Made by a program: the position numbers and the translations under genes. 64,000 nucleotides of DNA, from the NCBI RefSeq assembly GCF_009914755.1, contig NC_060926.1; one strand, given 5' to 3'. The notes under the pieces are model-generated. The model did no database searches. It saw only the letters and a program-made list of their open reading frames with translations, and was not told where the DNA came from. Below are positions 31,000-54,678 of this stretch, piece by piece (positions within the stretch are counted from its first letter, which is position 1; every line of letters starts with the position of its first letter). The stretch comes from the human T2T-CHM13v2.0 reference genome, Homo sapiens.

Positions 31000-31721
31000 T
31001 TAGGTTCCTATATAACCTGCTGCTATAACAAATTACCACAAGCTAGAAGGGTAGTGGCTTAAAACAATGGAAGTTTACTGTTTTATAGTTTTGGAAGTCA
31101 CAAGTTCTAAATGAGTTTCACCAATCTAAAGTCAATGTATCAGGAGGGTCATGCTTTCTCTGGAGGATATAGAGGAGAGTCTTTTTGTTGCCTTTTCTAG
31201 CTTCTAGAACTGCATTTCTTGCATTCCCTGGATTATGGCCCCCTCCCTCTTCAGATCCAGCGATGTGGCATGTTCAAATCTCTTTCTGCTTGTCACATTG
31301 CTTTCTCCTTTGTGGTAAAATCTCTCCCTACATCTCTCTTGTTGTTGTTGTTGTTGTTGTTTTGTTTGTTTGTTTGTTTTAAGAGATGGGGTTTTCTCTG
31401 TCGCCCAGGCTGGAGTGCAGTGGCATGATCATAACTCACTGCATCCTTGAACTCCTGGCCTCAAGCAGTCCTCCCACCTTGGCCTCCCAGAGTGCTGAGA
31501 TTACCAGCATGGGTCACTTTGCCTGGCCTTCTCTACATCGCTTTTAAGGACACTTCGTTATTACATTTAAGGCCTACTTGGATAAACAGGGATAATCCCC
31601 CATCTCAAGATCCTTAACTTAATCACGTCTGCAAAGTCCCATTTTTCATTTAAGGTAACATTTGCAGAGTTTGGTGATTAGGGCCTGGATATCTTTGAGA
31701 GCCATTATTCAGCCTACTACA
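31000..31721 (-). mobile_element. MaLR LTR (MLT1-like) with inserted Alu monomer
   Basis: tataacaaattaccacaa...ggcttaaaacaa and gataatccccatctcaagatccttaacttaatcacgtctgcaaagtcc...ccattattcagcctactaca motifs. Confidence 0.75.
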
Positions 31722-32090
31722 GTGTTATAACCCCAATAAAATAGTAAAATAATTCCACAGTTCATTTTGATGAGCAGCCAATAAAGAGTATCATTATCGT
31801 GATTGTCTAATTTAAATTAAACTAATATTTTAATATCTCTTTTATGTAAGAGCTAATGAGCTCAAGTTGAGGGAAAAATTGAGGCCACATATAAGCTTCA
31901 CAGCCAGGATATGTTTTATTACTGTTAGATAATCTTCAAAGAGAAGCGTGAAAATCTTATTTCTTCAAGATCTTTTAAGAACAAAAAAGGCCTTATCTCA
32001 GCCGAGTGCAGTGGCTCACGCTTGTAATCCCAGCACTTTGGTAGGCCAAGGCAGGTGGATCACGAGGTCAGGGAATTCAAGCCCAGCCTA

Positions 32091-32321
<231 letters not shown>

Positions 32322-32841
32322 TCATCTGGAAGAGAGGAGGCATAGCTGAATAAATCATCTTGGCCTATGGAAAAGAGAAGAGCCTTAGATATTCAAATGA
32401 GGCTTGGATCTCAGCTGTGCCATAGTAACTTTGTCACTTGGGACCTTAACCTGGTGCATTATTGATTAACAGTTATACCGGGCACATAGTAGGTACTCTG
32501 TAAATGAGAAGGTCTCTGAGTTTTTAAGAATTTGATAATTACACGGAACCTGCCCTTGTATGTAAAGTGAGAATAATAATGGTACCTACCTCATTGATTT
32601 ATTATAAAAATAAGATAAGCATGTAAAGCCTCTAGAAAAAAAAACTGGTACAAAGTAATGTTCAACATGGTAATATTTATTATTCTTTGTACTATACATA
32701 TATGATAAAGTTGTACATAATATACAAGGATCCCTGCTTGCTCAATTTTCTGACTGATAGTCATGCCTGGGAAAATGAGTAGAAAATGAGAAGATTAAAT
32801 CTGAGCAACTTTATAAACTCTTCGATTTTGTTTTGCTTCAG

Positions 32842-32940
32842 GTTGCCACATTCATCCTCCAGAAGATCTTGTTAGATGACACTGGTTTGGCTTATATATG
32901 TCAGACGTATGAGCGTTTCTCCCATGTTGCCATGATCTTG
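32842..32940 (+). CDS. CNOT9: CNOT9 coding exon 6
   Basis: gcttcag|GTT; [33 protein letters not shown]; donor TTG|GTGAGT. Confidence 0.98.
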
Positions 32941-33153
32941 GTGAGTTCTTTCATCTATCCCCTTTACAACTACTTCTCATCACAAAGCTTAATCTCTTTA
33001 TAACTGGCATTGAACAACTTCAGTCCTCTGACTAGAACTAACAATTTTGGAACCTTTTATGATTCTTGGACTATCTGATCTCTGATGTCAATTAGAATTT
33101 GTTTGTGTTTTGTGTGTTTTTTCCAACCCCTCCCCTTATTTTGGGGGAAACAG

Positions 33154-33245
33154 GGTAAGATGGTCCTGCAGCTATCCAAAGAGCCTTCTGCCCGTCTGCT
33201 GAAGCATGTAGTGAGATGTTACCTTCGACTTTCAGATAACCCCAG
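33154..33245 (+). CDS. CNOT9: CNOT9 coding exon 7
   Basis: aaacag|GGT; [31 protein letters not shown]; donor CAG|GTAAAC. Confidence 0.97.
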
Positions 33246-34065
33246 GTAAACATTTATAGGATGTATAGGACTTTAGGGAAATACTCTGCTGAACAGTTTC
33301 CTAATCTCATGGCATAGCTCCTGTGTCTTTAGGACAGGGAAGTGGGGATATAACTGCATTTAGTTTGTCTGAGACAGAACTTAGATTCTTTTAAAAATCT
33401 GAAATGCTGAATTTTAGTAGCCATCAGTTTCATCTTCTCACTGTAACTCTCCATCCTACTGTGAAATTCCAGAGAGTCTAGGCGATTCCAAAGGAAACCT
33501 TATGATGCATTACTCCTGTTGTTTGAATTTTCTGTTGCTACTCTACGTGGTCAGAAAGAGAAGTATATTTTCAAAGATCTCTTAAAAAGGAACACAGCCC
33601 AGAGGGCTCTTGAATTCTATTTCCAATTCTGTCCTTGATTCCTATAAGTTTCTTGAGCTAATTATTTTATCTGCTTATGTTCATAATCTTTCTGCCAGAA
33701 ATCATACACTGTAGATATAATGCATTTTAGAAATGTTTGACCTTTTGCTTTGTAAATCCATAATTCATGCTGAAAGCAACCTGCTCATATTCTGCTAAAC
33801 CACGTAATGGAGCAATTTCTGTGTTCCTGGGAAGAGAGCTAGCTTGATTTGATTTAATGTGAACTCAGTCTCCTGCCACTGAGTTTATTCAAGCCCTACC
33901 TGTTTGTTGACCATTTTATCCTGTTCTTCAGTGGTTCTTGTTTCACTAAAGTTTAAAAATGTGTTTATTTAAAATTCTACTTGTACAAAGAAAACTAGTC
34001 TGAGTGCAAAAACTATAACTTTGTTTAAAATAGCTCTACACATAGTTAACATTTACCTTTTTTAG

Positions 34066-34111
34066 GTTTTCAGATTTGACTTTCTGCTGGTCATCTTTTC
34101 AAAGAAAATGA
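34066..34111 (+). CDS. CNOT9: Candidate alternative terminal exon of CNOT9 (258 aa isoform ending FSDLTFCWSSFQRK*)
   Basis: Branch-like gttaac, then atttaccttttttag|G acceptor; reading on from exon 7 gives 14 new codons then TGA; ATTAAA 34241-34246 and AATAAA 34358-34363 downstream. Confidence 0.6.
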
Positions 34112-34645
34112 AACGTTTAAAAGTTCATCTGATAATACTGCTACCATAGTTTTGTTTTCACTGCTCATCTCTTATTAAGGTTTTTAACCATAAAACTGAA
34201 GCAATTTCTGTAAAGACACAAATTGATAACTTAGTATAGAATTAAAATTCATTAAGTTATCATAAGTTTGATGATATCCTTGTTAATGTACTGATTTTTG
34301 AATTATTTTATTTGCCATAATCCATATATTTCTAACATGAGTATTTTGACAGTATTTAATAAATCAGAAAGCTGTTTGAATGGAAGTAAACTATTGAACC
34401 TTTTAATTTTGCTTTTTCATGAAATTCTACATTGGGGCATCATTCAGAAAATATTTGTGGATACAGATTTCGGAGATCTCTAAGCCTATGCCTAATATAG
34501 CTTTAGAGAATTTTAATGGCTTCTTAAGGAGCCATAGATTCACAGTATTCTAAATATTTATGTCTAAGAAGGGGGCTCTTCCCTGTCCACAAAATGTGGG
34601 TTTATTTGTTGGTCTCCCTGGTTGGTTTGTTTGTTTCTGATGTAG

Positions 34646-34814
34646 GGCACGTGAAGCACTCAGACAGTGCCTCCCTGACCAGCTGAAAGACACAACCTTC
34701 GCCCAGGTGCTAAAAGATGACACCACCACGAAACGCTGGCTTGCACAACTGGTGAAGAACCTGCAAGAGGGCCAGGTCACCGATCCCCGGGGTATCCCCC
34801 TGCCCCCTCAGTGA
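34646..34814 (+). CDS. CNOT9: CNOT9 coding exon 8 (to TGA)
   Basis: tgtag|GGCA; [55 protein letters not shown]. Confidence 0.98.
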
Positions 34815-35400
34815 TCCTTCCCTGTTCCCTCCCACTACTCCCCCAAGTTGGGGAAAGGAGGGGGAACCTACGAGAAAAACAGCTCAGGTTTTATCACCGA
34901 CTGGGAATAGACAACCTCAATGCTGAACCGCACTGGAGAAAAGGGGCAAGGTACCCCTGCTGAGGTGTATGGGCTGCCATCTCAGGCTGTCTTGAGGACC
35001 TGGGCTCCCTCTGCTACTCCCAGGAAATGGGCTCCTGACACAGCAGTCTGCCACCACAGCCCCAGGAGGGTGTCAACACCAGCAAATGCTGTATTTGCAG
35101 CATGTCCAAGATGACCCTTCTCCCCTACCTCTACCTAGCCACTGGCAGGGAGGGGAGACAGTGGTGATAGCAGCAGCACTCTAGGCATGGTGAACGCCTG
35201 GGACCAAGCCATGTGGCGTTTTTTATTTTGCCTTTCTGGAAGACTCAAGATATGTCTCTTCATTCTCTCTCAGTATTTGTTTACTTTGGTTTTTTTGTTT
35301 TTAATCTCAGAGAGAGGTGTGTTTAGTGGGCACAAGCTGTAATATTCAGCAAAACTTTGTCGACTGGCACTGTTTACAAGTCTGTTAGCTGCATAAGCTC

Positions 35401-35406
35401 AATAAA
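35401..35406 (+). terminator. Proximal polyadenylation signal of CNOT9
   Basis: AATAAA ~590 nt after the stop, with upstream TGTA at ~35338. Confidence 0.7.
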
Positions 35407-35940
35407 AAGTTGGTCTGGGCATTACATCCCCTCTGGCAGGCCAATAGCTGCATCAAGCTGTTGGGAGAAATGGGAGGGCAGGGGAAAGATGTAAAGCCAA
35501 AGTACAGCAGGAACCCACCACCTGTTTCCCTTCCTTCTCCCATTCTACTCCCAGTCCGGAATGCCACGAGGACCTTAACCTTGTTTCTGGCTTTAGCTGC
35601 TAGTTTTCCCAAATCTCAGTGCTTTCCCTTTTTGAACTTCCCTTCTATTAAACTTAAAACAGATGTCTTAATTAATCAGGCTGTCTTGGAAGGGTATTGT
35701 ATTGGGAGACAAGGGGCGGTGGTGGACCTCACCTTCAATCCAAGTTTTCAAAGATATTTTCTCAATAACTCTAAAAGGGAGGTGCTTGGGATTAAGGTGA
35801 CAGTCCACTTGATCCTTTTCTTTGTTTTAGTGTGAATTTCAGCAGCTCCATCTGTCTTCATGATTGTACTTGAGCAGTATTAGCTGTATGAGTTAATTTT
35901 ATTCAGATTGAAGATGGAGGGCTGGGTTCTGCTCACTCAG

Positions 35941-35942
<2 letters not shown>

Positions 35943-35974
<32 letters not shown>
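35943..35974 (+). repeat. Poly-T tract (32 nt) in CNOT9 3'UTR
   Basis: Directly visible, not attached to an Alu body. Confidence 0.95.
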
Positions 35975-35975
<1 letters not shown>

Positions 35976-36942
35976 ACCATTCTCTTTTAGTCTATGGGAA
36001 TTACAGGGTTGCCGCTAAAATATTCACTTGTTCATATCGTGTCAGAGATTTCCTCTTCTCTGGAGCTTAGGTGGCTCTTCACAATCCATAGGCTTGAATC
36101 TGCAACCTAGTGTAAACTGCCTTGCTTTCCCCGGTTCTTTCCCCTGCTAGCACCTGCTTTCTCATCCCTATCTCCAGTCAAAGATGGGATTGCTTAATCC
36201 AACTCTGGAGAGGGACCAAGTCTTTTCTGCCCACATCTCACACAATTGAGGTGTCTGAACAAGCTTGGGGAGGGTCTATAAGGGGTAGGCTCAAAAAAAA
36301 AAAAACCCATTTGCAGAGGCAGTTTTGCCAACACAAGGGCTCTTTCAAGCCGACTTTCACAAAGAGAGCCGGACTTGTTAGTTGGCTTCTGTCTCTTTAG
36401 AGCCAAGAAAATAGTAATTAAGTGGCCTAGATATAGGAAGGGCAGAATAAGCACTTACTCCCCCTGCCTTCCAAGATGAAGAGGAGAAGCAGGCCAACCC
36501 TCAATAATTGCAAGCCTGAAGAGAAGTGATCTTAGAGAAAGCAGAGAACAGAATGGACTGGATAGACATCTTGACTCTATTCAGCCCGTAGTCTGTGATC
36601 TGGAGAGTCCAGTTAAGGTAACCCAGATTTTTGACAACCGCCTTCCTGCTGAGCCAAAGTTTTCTCATTACCCCTCCACTGGGGAAGCAGCTGAGGCCCA
36701 GGGCCTTGCTCCCTGGGAAATTCTCTTCTCTCCATCTTTCGGTGCATTGGCCATGTTACTGTGCCAAAGTGTCTTAATTCTTGTCCCATCTATTCTCAGC
36801 TGGCCTTGGAACCCACATAGGAGTTGGTGGGGGAGGGATGGAATGGGTATTATTCATTGTAGTTGATCCTGGTGTGTGTATTATATAAAGAGACCCCTCC
36901 CCTTATTTTGTGTTTTCCATCCCTCTCCCTTAACAGGATTGA

Positions 36943-36948
36943 AATAAA
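36943..36948 (+). terminator. Distal polyadenylation signal of CNOT9
   Basis: AATAAA followed by U/GU-rich sequence near the end of an Alu-free ~2.1 kb UTR-like block. Confidence 0.65.
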
Positions 36949-37731
36949 ACATGCTTCTGTTTTTGTAAAAATAATTTTTCCTTTACACTGGAGATTTTAT
37001 TCTATCAGTATATGGGTAACTAGGCACTTTGGTCAGGTGATCCTTGTCATGCCTGCTTCTCCCCTCTGTCTACCTACACAACACACACACACACACACAC
37101 ACAGCCCTGCTAAGATGGCAGTAGTGGTTCTTTTGTGAACATGTTTTTTGGGGAGACTCCATCTGAGGTACAAAAGCTGTTTGGGAGGCTGGGAGGGGGA
37201 TGATGCCCCTTACCTGATAAAAGTATGTTTTACTGGGACAGAACTTCACTCCTGGCCATATTGGCCAGAACTTAGTGCCAGTGTAGGGAGAGACTTCCAT
37301 AGTGACAAGGTAATGCTTGAAACATCTTACGAACTTTGATGTTCATTTCCTCAAGTTCAAGGCTTGGAGCACATCTCCAGGATTGTTTCCATGCCTGGCT
37401 GTCAGTGGGACACAGCTGCCCTATGCTTCCACGTTCTTTTTTCAAGAGCCTTAGAGGGCCTGTGGCCTGTTTCACTGGTGGAACAGGAGCAGCATTGGTA
37501 GCCTTCAGAGCATGCCTTGCTTACTAACTACATATTATTCCTCTGCTCATTGTTCCTGCTGCTTAAAGGCTAGGAAAAGGGGGATATACAAAGTTGTTGC
37601 TTTCAAAAACTCAGAGAAAAAATTTGGAATAGGAAACCTTAGAATGAAATTATATTTTTCTTTCCTGATACATTATGGAATTTAATTTTTGGAAAAATAT
37701 TTTCATATGTTTATTTCAAAAGCAGATATAA

Positions 37732-45868
<8,137 letters not shown>

Positions 45869-46902
45869 TAAATGGAATTTACTGTTTTGAGTTGCATTTT
45901 TGATCAGGAAGGAGTTGGGCTTTATTTCAGAAGTTTGAGTAGTTTGGTTCGATAGTCTGGGGAACTGATCTCAGACTTTCCAGCCTGAGTGTCCTGACAA
46001 GCGGAGACATTTAATTGGGTGGCATCTGCTCTGGATGTCAGGAAGAAGGTCTAGGCAGGCCTGGGTGGCAGGGCGAGAGTACCATGTTTAGGTCTTCCTC
46101 TTTGCCAGCTGCTGCTTCATTTCAGTTTAGGGCTTCTAGGCTTTTCCTGGGCATGGTTCCCAGAAAGTCCCTCTGCTGCTACTGCCCTGATCAGGTTTCT
46201 GGATCTGTTAATAATAGACAACAGTGGGGGAAGGGGCAGCCAGGATCATGGTGGAAATAGGAATAACCATACCAGATGGACATTTACTGTGCCCAGGGGG
46301 CCCTGTCTGTCTGCTCCCTCCCTCTGTTTCATGAGAGTCCTGCAGTGGGCATGCCTTGGCACTCTGGAACCATACTAACCTTGTGAAAGTCTCCAAGTCC
46401 CTGCCCCAAAAATCAGAACATATGGGCTGAAGAATACTGTTGTATTCATGGGAACATTGAAACAGAATATTTGAGATCTAGACTCTCCCAGAAAATCCAC
46501 TATGAGTGATAACACCCCTCACAGATTACCCAAGAGGGAAGGAGGTTGGGCAGCATTAAATTGATGCAAATAGTGACTCAGAAAGATGGTATATAATCTG
46601 GGGGTATAGAAGAGGAGTGTGGACTGTGAAGGTGAGGCTTGGAAAAATAAGCTGGCCATGTTGGGGAAGTAGAAATGGGAGAGCAAGACAAGCATGTAAA
46701 ACAGGGCCTCTATTAAGTCAAATCTGAAATCAGCACAGTTTAAACTACGATGCCCCCCAATCTTCCTGTTCCCCATGAATGGCCTCCCTCCTAATGTGTC
46801 CCCTTCCTTCATACTACTACTCTTCTATCAAAACCTGCTCTCAGTAAAGAATATAGACAACCCAACCTAGGTATAAATTATTTAAAATCTACTTTGACCT
46901 TA

Positions 46903-47375
<473 letters not shown>

Positions 47376-48299
47376 TTAAAAACACATATAGAAAATATAT
47401 CAAGAGAATGTATAGCTTAATAAATTATTAAGTGAAGACCCTTGTTAGCACTTAGAACTAGAAATAGAGTTTAGCTAGCTATGCCAGAAGCCCCCTCTGT
47501 GTCCCATCTCACCACAATTCCTCCCCCTCCCAACAGTAACCACTATCCTGACTTTTATAGTAATCACTTAGGAGGATTTTATTTTAATGGGACTAAAAAA
47601 TGTAGCTATAATCACTAATGGTAAAATATTAGGCAGTTGAGGGATGCTTGTGGAAACCATGATAGGCAGCCAGACGTCAGCACACTTAAAATTACACCAT
47701 TTCACACAGTTCCCCTCTGAGCCTATGCTTCATCTCTGCACACATCTTTATAAACATGCATGTATGTCCTGAAGGTGCTACCTCCATTCTGAGGGCTATG
47801 ACTTATAACCCAGAGGTGCTGAACAGATGCTTGTAGGAGGAACGAATGGATGTTTAAAAAAAAATGAGCTGTTTCACACGTTCATCTATGCATTCTTTCA
47901 ATATTTAATGAGTGCCTAAAATATACATAGATTCTAACCTATCTGTCCCTCTACATTCTATCATCATTCCTGTCCTCCCCTTCTCCTCGTCTTCCTCTTT
48001 TCCCATCTTATTTCTTTCTTTTCCTGTGGGACGGAGCTACAGTGAGTGCCCTGCAGGCAGGATTCAGAGATACAGGAGCAGGCCAGTGGAAACAGACACT
48101 ATGGAAAGGAGCCAGATTAAATAAGGGCAAAAACAGCCATATTACATGCAGGAACCAGAATGAAAAGCAGTGATTCACAGAGCACTGCAACTGAGGACAC
48201 TCCCTTCACTTTGAGAGCTACTGCGGGATTGGGGTCAATGAGGGCTGGCATCAAGATGAAGGGCAGCCAGGCTCCTCCCTGGAGATGTGCTGCCCTTAA

Positions 48300-48455
48300 T
48301 CCTTCTCTCCCCACCCCACCCCCACTACTCCCTCACATTGACCAGTGTCCTGGGCCTTTAAGAGTTGGATGGGCTGGACTGGAGAGAGCTCACACCTCTC
48401 CCCTTCTTACTGCTTCCCTCCGGCTATAACTTGCCAGTCACAGCAGCCAGCTGCT
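48300..48455 (+). promoter_or_regulatory. Putative non-CpG PLCD4 core promoter
   Basis: CACCC boxes (~48311-48324), TATAAC at 48425, E-box CAGCTG ~48448; CpG-poor. Confidence 0.45.
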
Positions 48456-48607
48456 GTAGAAGAGGGGAGGAAACAAGCCAGTGCAAGGGGAGCAAAAGAG
48501 AAAAGGAGCCAGGCTGGGCTTCCTGATCCCACAGCATCGCAGAGCTCGGGAGGCACAGCTCACAGACACAGGAAACACAGGACTGCTATTCTGCTCTCCT
48601 GCCCACG
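48440..48607 (+). other. PLCD4: PLCD4 non-coding exon 1 (start approximate)
   Basis: Donor ACG|GTAAGG at 48608 in a repeat-free block; TATA-like TATAAC at 48425-48430 upstream; next acceptor with the ATG is at 56242. Confidence 0.65.
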
Positions 48608-49393
48608 GTAAGGATCTGGAAGCTCTGACTACCCTCTGCTCTAAGCTCTGTCTTCCCTGAGTCCCTACCTCTGCCCTCTAGATGCTTATCCACCCTGATT
48701 AAATTGTACCCTAGACTCCTTTCCTCATCCCAACAGCTCTACAGGGCTCCCACCTCCTGGTTCTCTCTAGCTTATCCTCCTTTATCCTTACAGCTTTCCT
48801 CCTGGCTGTGTCAGTCGCCCTTTATATGAGGTACCTCTTAGCTTATGCAGGGCCAGAAGTGCCAACCCTAGCCACTCCTGAGGTGAACTCCACCCCCAAT
48901 AAGGGAAGAAAAAATTGGAGTAGCTAAGCTTTAGCATAGATTCATTAACAGTTTGTTGAGGGTTGCAAAATAGGGGTTGGCCAAGAACCATGGGGAATCA
49001 GAGATCCCTGGTAATAGAGAGAGTTATGAAAGTCCCTTAGAAAGTTCTCTAAAGAACTTGTTCTTTGCCTATTCCATGGGCCAGAGCAGTTTCTTAGTGC
49101 ACCAGAGTGCTACGTTGGTAAGAAAACCTACTTCTAGTTCTGCCTGTGCCATTAACTAGCTACGGGACCTGGAGCCACAACTTCCAGATCTGTGATACGA
49201 GAGAGTTTAGGGTTTCCCAGACTTGCCTGTGTACCAAGTGTACTTGTTAAAAATAAATATATTATTGAGCCCCACCCTGGGTAACTCTGATCTGGTAGAT
49301 TTTTGGGTAGGGCTAAGGATCTCAATTTCAAGACATTCCAGAGGCTATTGATGTAGCTGGGAATGTCTGGATTAGATGTGTTATAAAAGAACT

Positions 49394-49694
49394 GGCCGGG
49401 CGCGGTGGCTCACACCTGTAATCCCAGCACTTTGGGAGGCCGAGGCGGGTGGATCACGAGGTCAGGAGATTGAGACCATCCTGGCTAACATGGTGAAACC
49501 CCGTCTCTACTGAAAATACAAAAAATTAGCCGGGCGAGGTGGGTGGCGGGCGCCTGTAGTCCCAGCTACTCGGGAGGCTGAGGCAGGAGAATAGCGTGAA
49601 CCCCGGGGGGCGGAGCCTGCAGTGAGCCAAGATCGCACCACTGCACTCCAGCCTGGGCGACAGCGAGACTCTGTCTCAAAAAAAAAAAAAAAAA
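49394..49694 (+). mobile_element. Young AluY-type element in PLCD4 intron 1
   Basis: CpG-rich, gaaccccggggggcggagcctgcag variant, TSD aaaagaac. Confidence 0.85.
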
Positions 49695-50484
49695 GAACCT
49701 TCAAGCTCCAACATTCTGTGACCTGTGTCCAGAGCCAATTTGTCCTCTATATGAACCAGGTTAGGCATAATCCTTCTCAGAAGCAAGGGAGTAGACAAAA
49801 TGATTCTCTTCTTTCTTGCCCCTCAGAGAGACCTGAGACACCCTGAATCCCACTGTAATCTCCTTGGTGCCATTGGTAACTCTGCCAAAGTCCATCTCTA
49901 GGTGACATGAAGTCTCTTAGAAATTGAGGACCAAATTGCGCTCTGCAGCTCTGGGCTACTTCCCATCTCATTTTGTGTCCCTATTTTCGTATCTGTATTA
50001 GAGAGGTAATTACCATATCATTGAAGATCTCCATATATGTGTCTATGAGTTAATATTTAAGACCAACCTTTCTTATTATCAGATGTCATCCTCTGTGTTT
50101 TTCCCAGTGCCCTCACTCCCAAACCCTTTGTTCCTTCTCTTCTCATTGCACCTGCATCAGCTGTGGGCATCCTTCCCATTCTACCATTAGACACCAGAGG
50201 AAACAGCAAGACCTAGAATACCTAGGTTCTAACTCACATTGTCTGGGCAGTTTGTTTGGTCAATCTCCTAGGATACAGAGAAAAGTGAGGCTGAGCAGAG
50301 GGACACGCATGCTACTGAGTTCTGAACCCAAGTGTCCTCCCTTCTGGACCACAGTCTCAAAATTCTCAAAGGAGATGAGACTCAGAGCCATTGCGAATTA
50401 GTGGAGTCAAAAGAGGGAACCAACTGGAAGAGGTGATGGGGAGAAGGGATGAGGAGAAGGAAGAGAAGAGGAGAGACTGACCTA

Positions 50485-51097
<613 letters not shown>

Positions 51098-51172
51098 CTA
51101 TTCAGAGTACAGAGGGAACAGAAAGTGATGGAGAGGAGAGACAAAATACCAATGTCCCTTATTGATTCCTAG

Positions 51173-51604
<432 letters not shown>

Positions 51605-52157
51605 TGACTCTGGCACTAATTCTTTTTACTTCACCTAACCTTTCTAGTCCTCGGGCTCCTTTTCTATAAAATGAAGTCCAGCTCTGACCTTCTATGGCTC
51701 CCTGATTTGAAACTGGCCCTCTTATGACCACATGTCAGTCATGTGAATACAGATTTAAAATAGTGATTCATGAATGGGAGAAGGATTGGAAGAACAAAGC
51801 CAAGCTTTGGGGTTAGAAGAATTGGACAAAGGAGGAAAAAATAATTTTCTAAGGCAGGTTTGAGAGGAGGGAGTCTCCAAAGTAAGGGTGTTCAGGCACT
51901 TGGGCTCGGTTCTCAGGCTTCCCATGTTTCAGGACATCATTGTGAGGCTCCTGGACACAGGCGTAAGGGAAGGTAATGCAATCTTCTTGCAGTCCTAAAG
52001 TTCACCACATCCTAGAGTCCCTGTGTCCCAGAGGTGGGAGCTAAAATTCAGATAGGAGATAAGCCAGGATGTTGGCAGAAGAGGTTAGACTTCAGCCCCA
52101 GGCCAATTCACTCTCCTAGAGTCTGAGGACCTAAGAAATTTTTGTTGTTGTTTTTGA

Positions 52158-52610
<453 letters not shown>

Positions 52611-53089
52611 TAATTTTTGTATTTTTAGTAGAGACAGGGTTTCACCATGTTGTCCAGGATGGTCTCGATCTCTTGACTTTGTGATCCACCCGCCTCGGCC
52701 TCCCAAAGTGCTGGGATTACAGGCATGAGCCACCGCCTTCGGCCAGGTCTGTTACTTTCTACTTCAGTCTTCACATAGCTTCTGTAAGCCTCAGATTCCA
52801 AACTGCATCCCCACTCAGAAAAGCAGAGATGATTTTCTGGCTCTCAGGAAACACTTTGGGTCCCTTCGTCCAACCAGAGGTTTCTTCTGGTCTCCTTCAG
52901 GCACACACATTCAGCATAAGCCAGCAAAATCTTTTCTTCCTGAAATTGTTTCCTGACAGACTTCTTCTCAACCTTCCCCTCTCACTCTGGATACCTATAC
53001 ATTACTACCCATTTAGAGAGGCTTCTCTAGGCGGGGCAGAGTGGCTCACGCCTGTAACAGCACTTGGAGAGGCCAAGGTGGGCGGATCA

Positions 53090-53363
<274 letters not shown>

Positions 53364-53821
53364 TCAGTGACCCCCCCACATTCTCCCTGAAGGCTTAGTC
53401 ACTACTAGGTGACTTTATAGGGTCTTCCCACAAAAGAGACGTAGGGCACTAATAGGCTGTGTGACCTGAGGCAAGTCGCATCACATTTCTAGACTTCTGC
53501 TTTTTCATCTGTAAAATATAGGGAGTTGAACTAACTGCATGATGTTTTAATGGAACACTAACTGAATGATTGCTCTACAAATTTTTAAAGTTCTTTTAAG
53601 ATGTGCACCACTGTCAAAATTTTAAACTTTTAAATTAAGGAACATGGCTGGGTGAGGTGGCTCATGCCTGTAATCCCGGCACTTTGGGAGGTCGAGGCGG
53701 GTGGATCACCTGAGGTCAGGTGTTTGAGACCAGCCTGGCCAACATAGTGAAACCCTGTCTCTATTAAAAATACAAAAATTAGCTGGGTGTGGTGATGGGT
53801 GCCTGTAATCCCAGCTACTTA

Positions 53822-53962
<141 letters not shown>

Positions 53963-54120
53963 TCAGGTAGAGATACCCTTTAAAAAAAAGAAACTCACAA
54001 TATATTTCTATTCAAATGTAGGTTCTTTGCTTACACAAAAGCATAGAGCTTTATGTTTTATGAGATTTGTCTGTTTCAGCACGACCTGGTCAAGAATGTT
54101 TTTTTGTTTTTGCTTTTTGA

Positions 54121-54267
<147 letters not shown>

Positions 54268-54498
54268 TAAAAAAATTCTTTGTAGAGATGGAGGTCTCAA
54301 TATGTTGCTCACACTGGTCTCGAACTCCTGGGCCCAAGCAATCCTCCCTCTTCAACCTCTCAAAGTGCTGGCATTACAGCATGAGCCACTGTGCCCAGCC
54401 AAGAATTGAGTATTTCTATAGGGGCATAGCTAGAATCAGTGTGGCCACATATCAAATTTTCTAGTCCTTTTCAAGGGAAGTTTGTTGTCAGCTACTAG

Positions 54499-54678
<180 letters not shown>

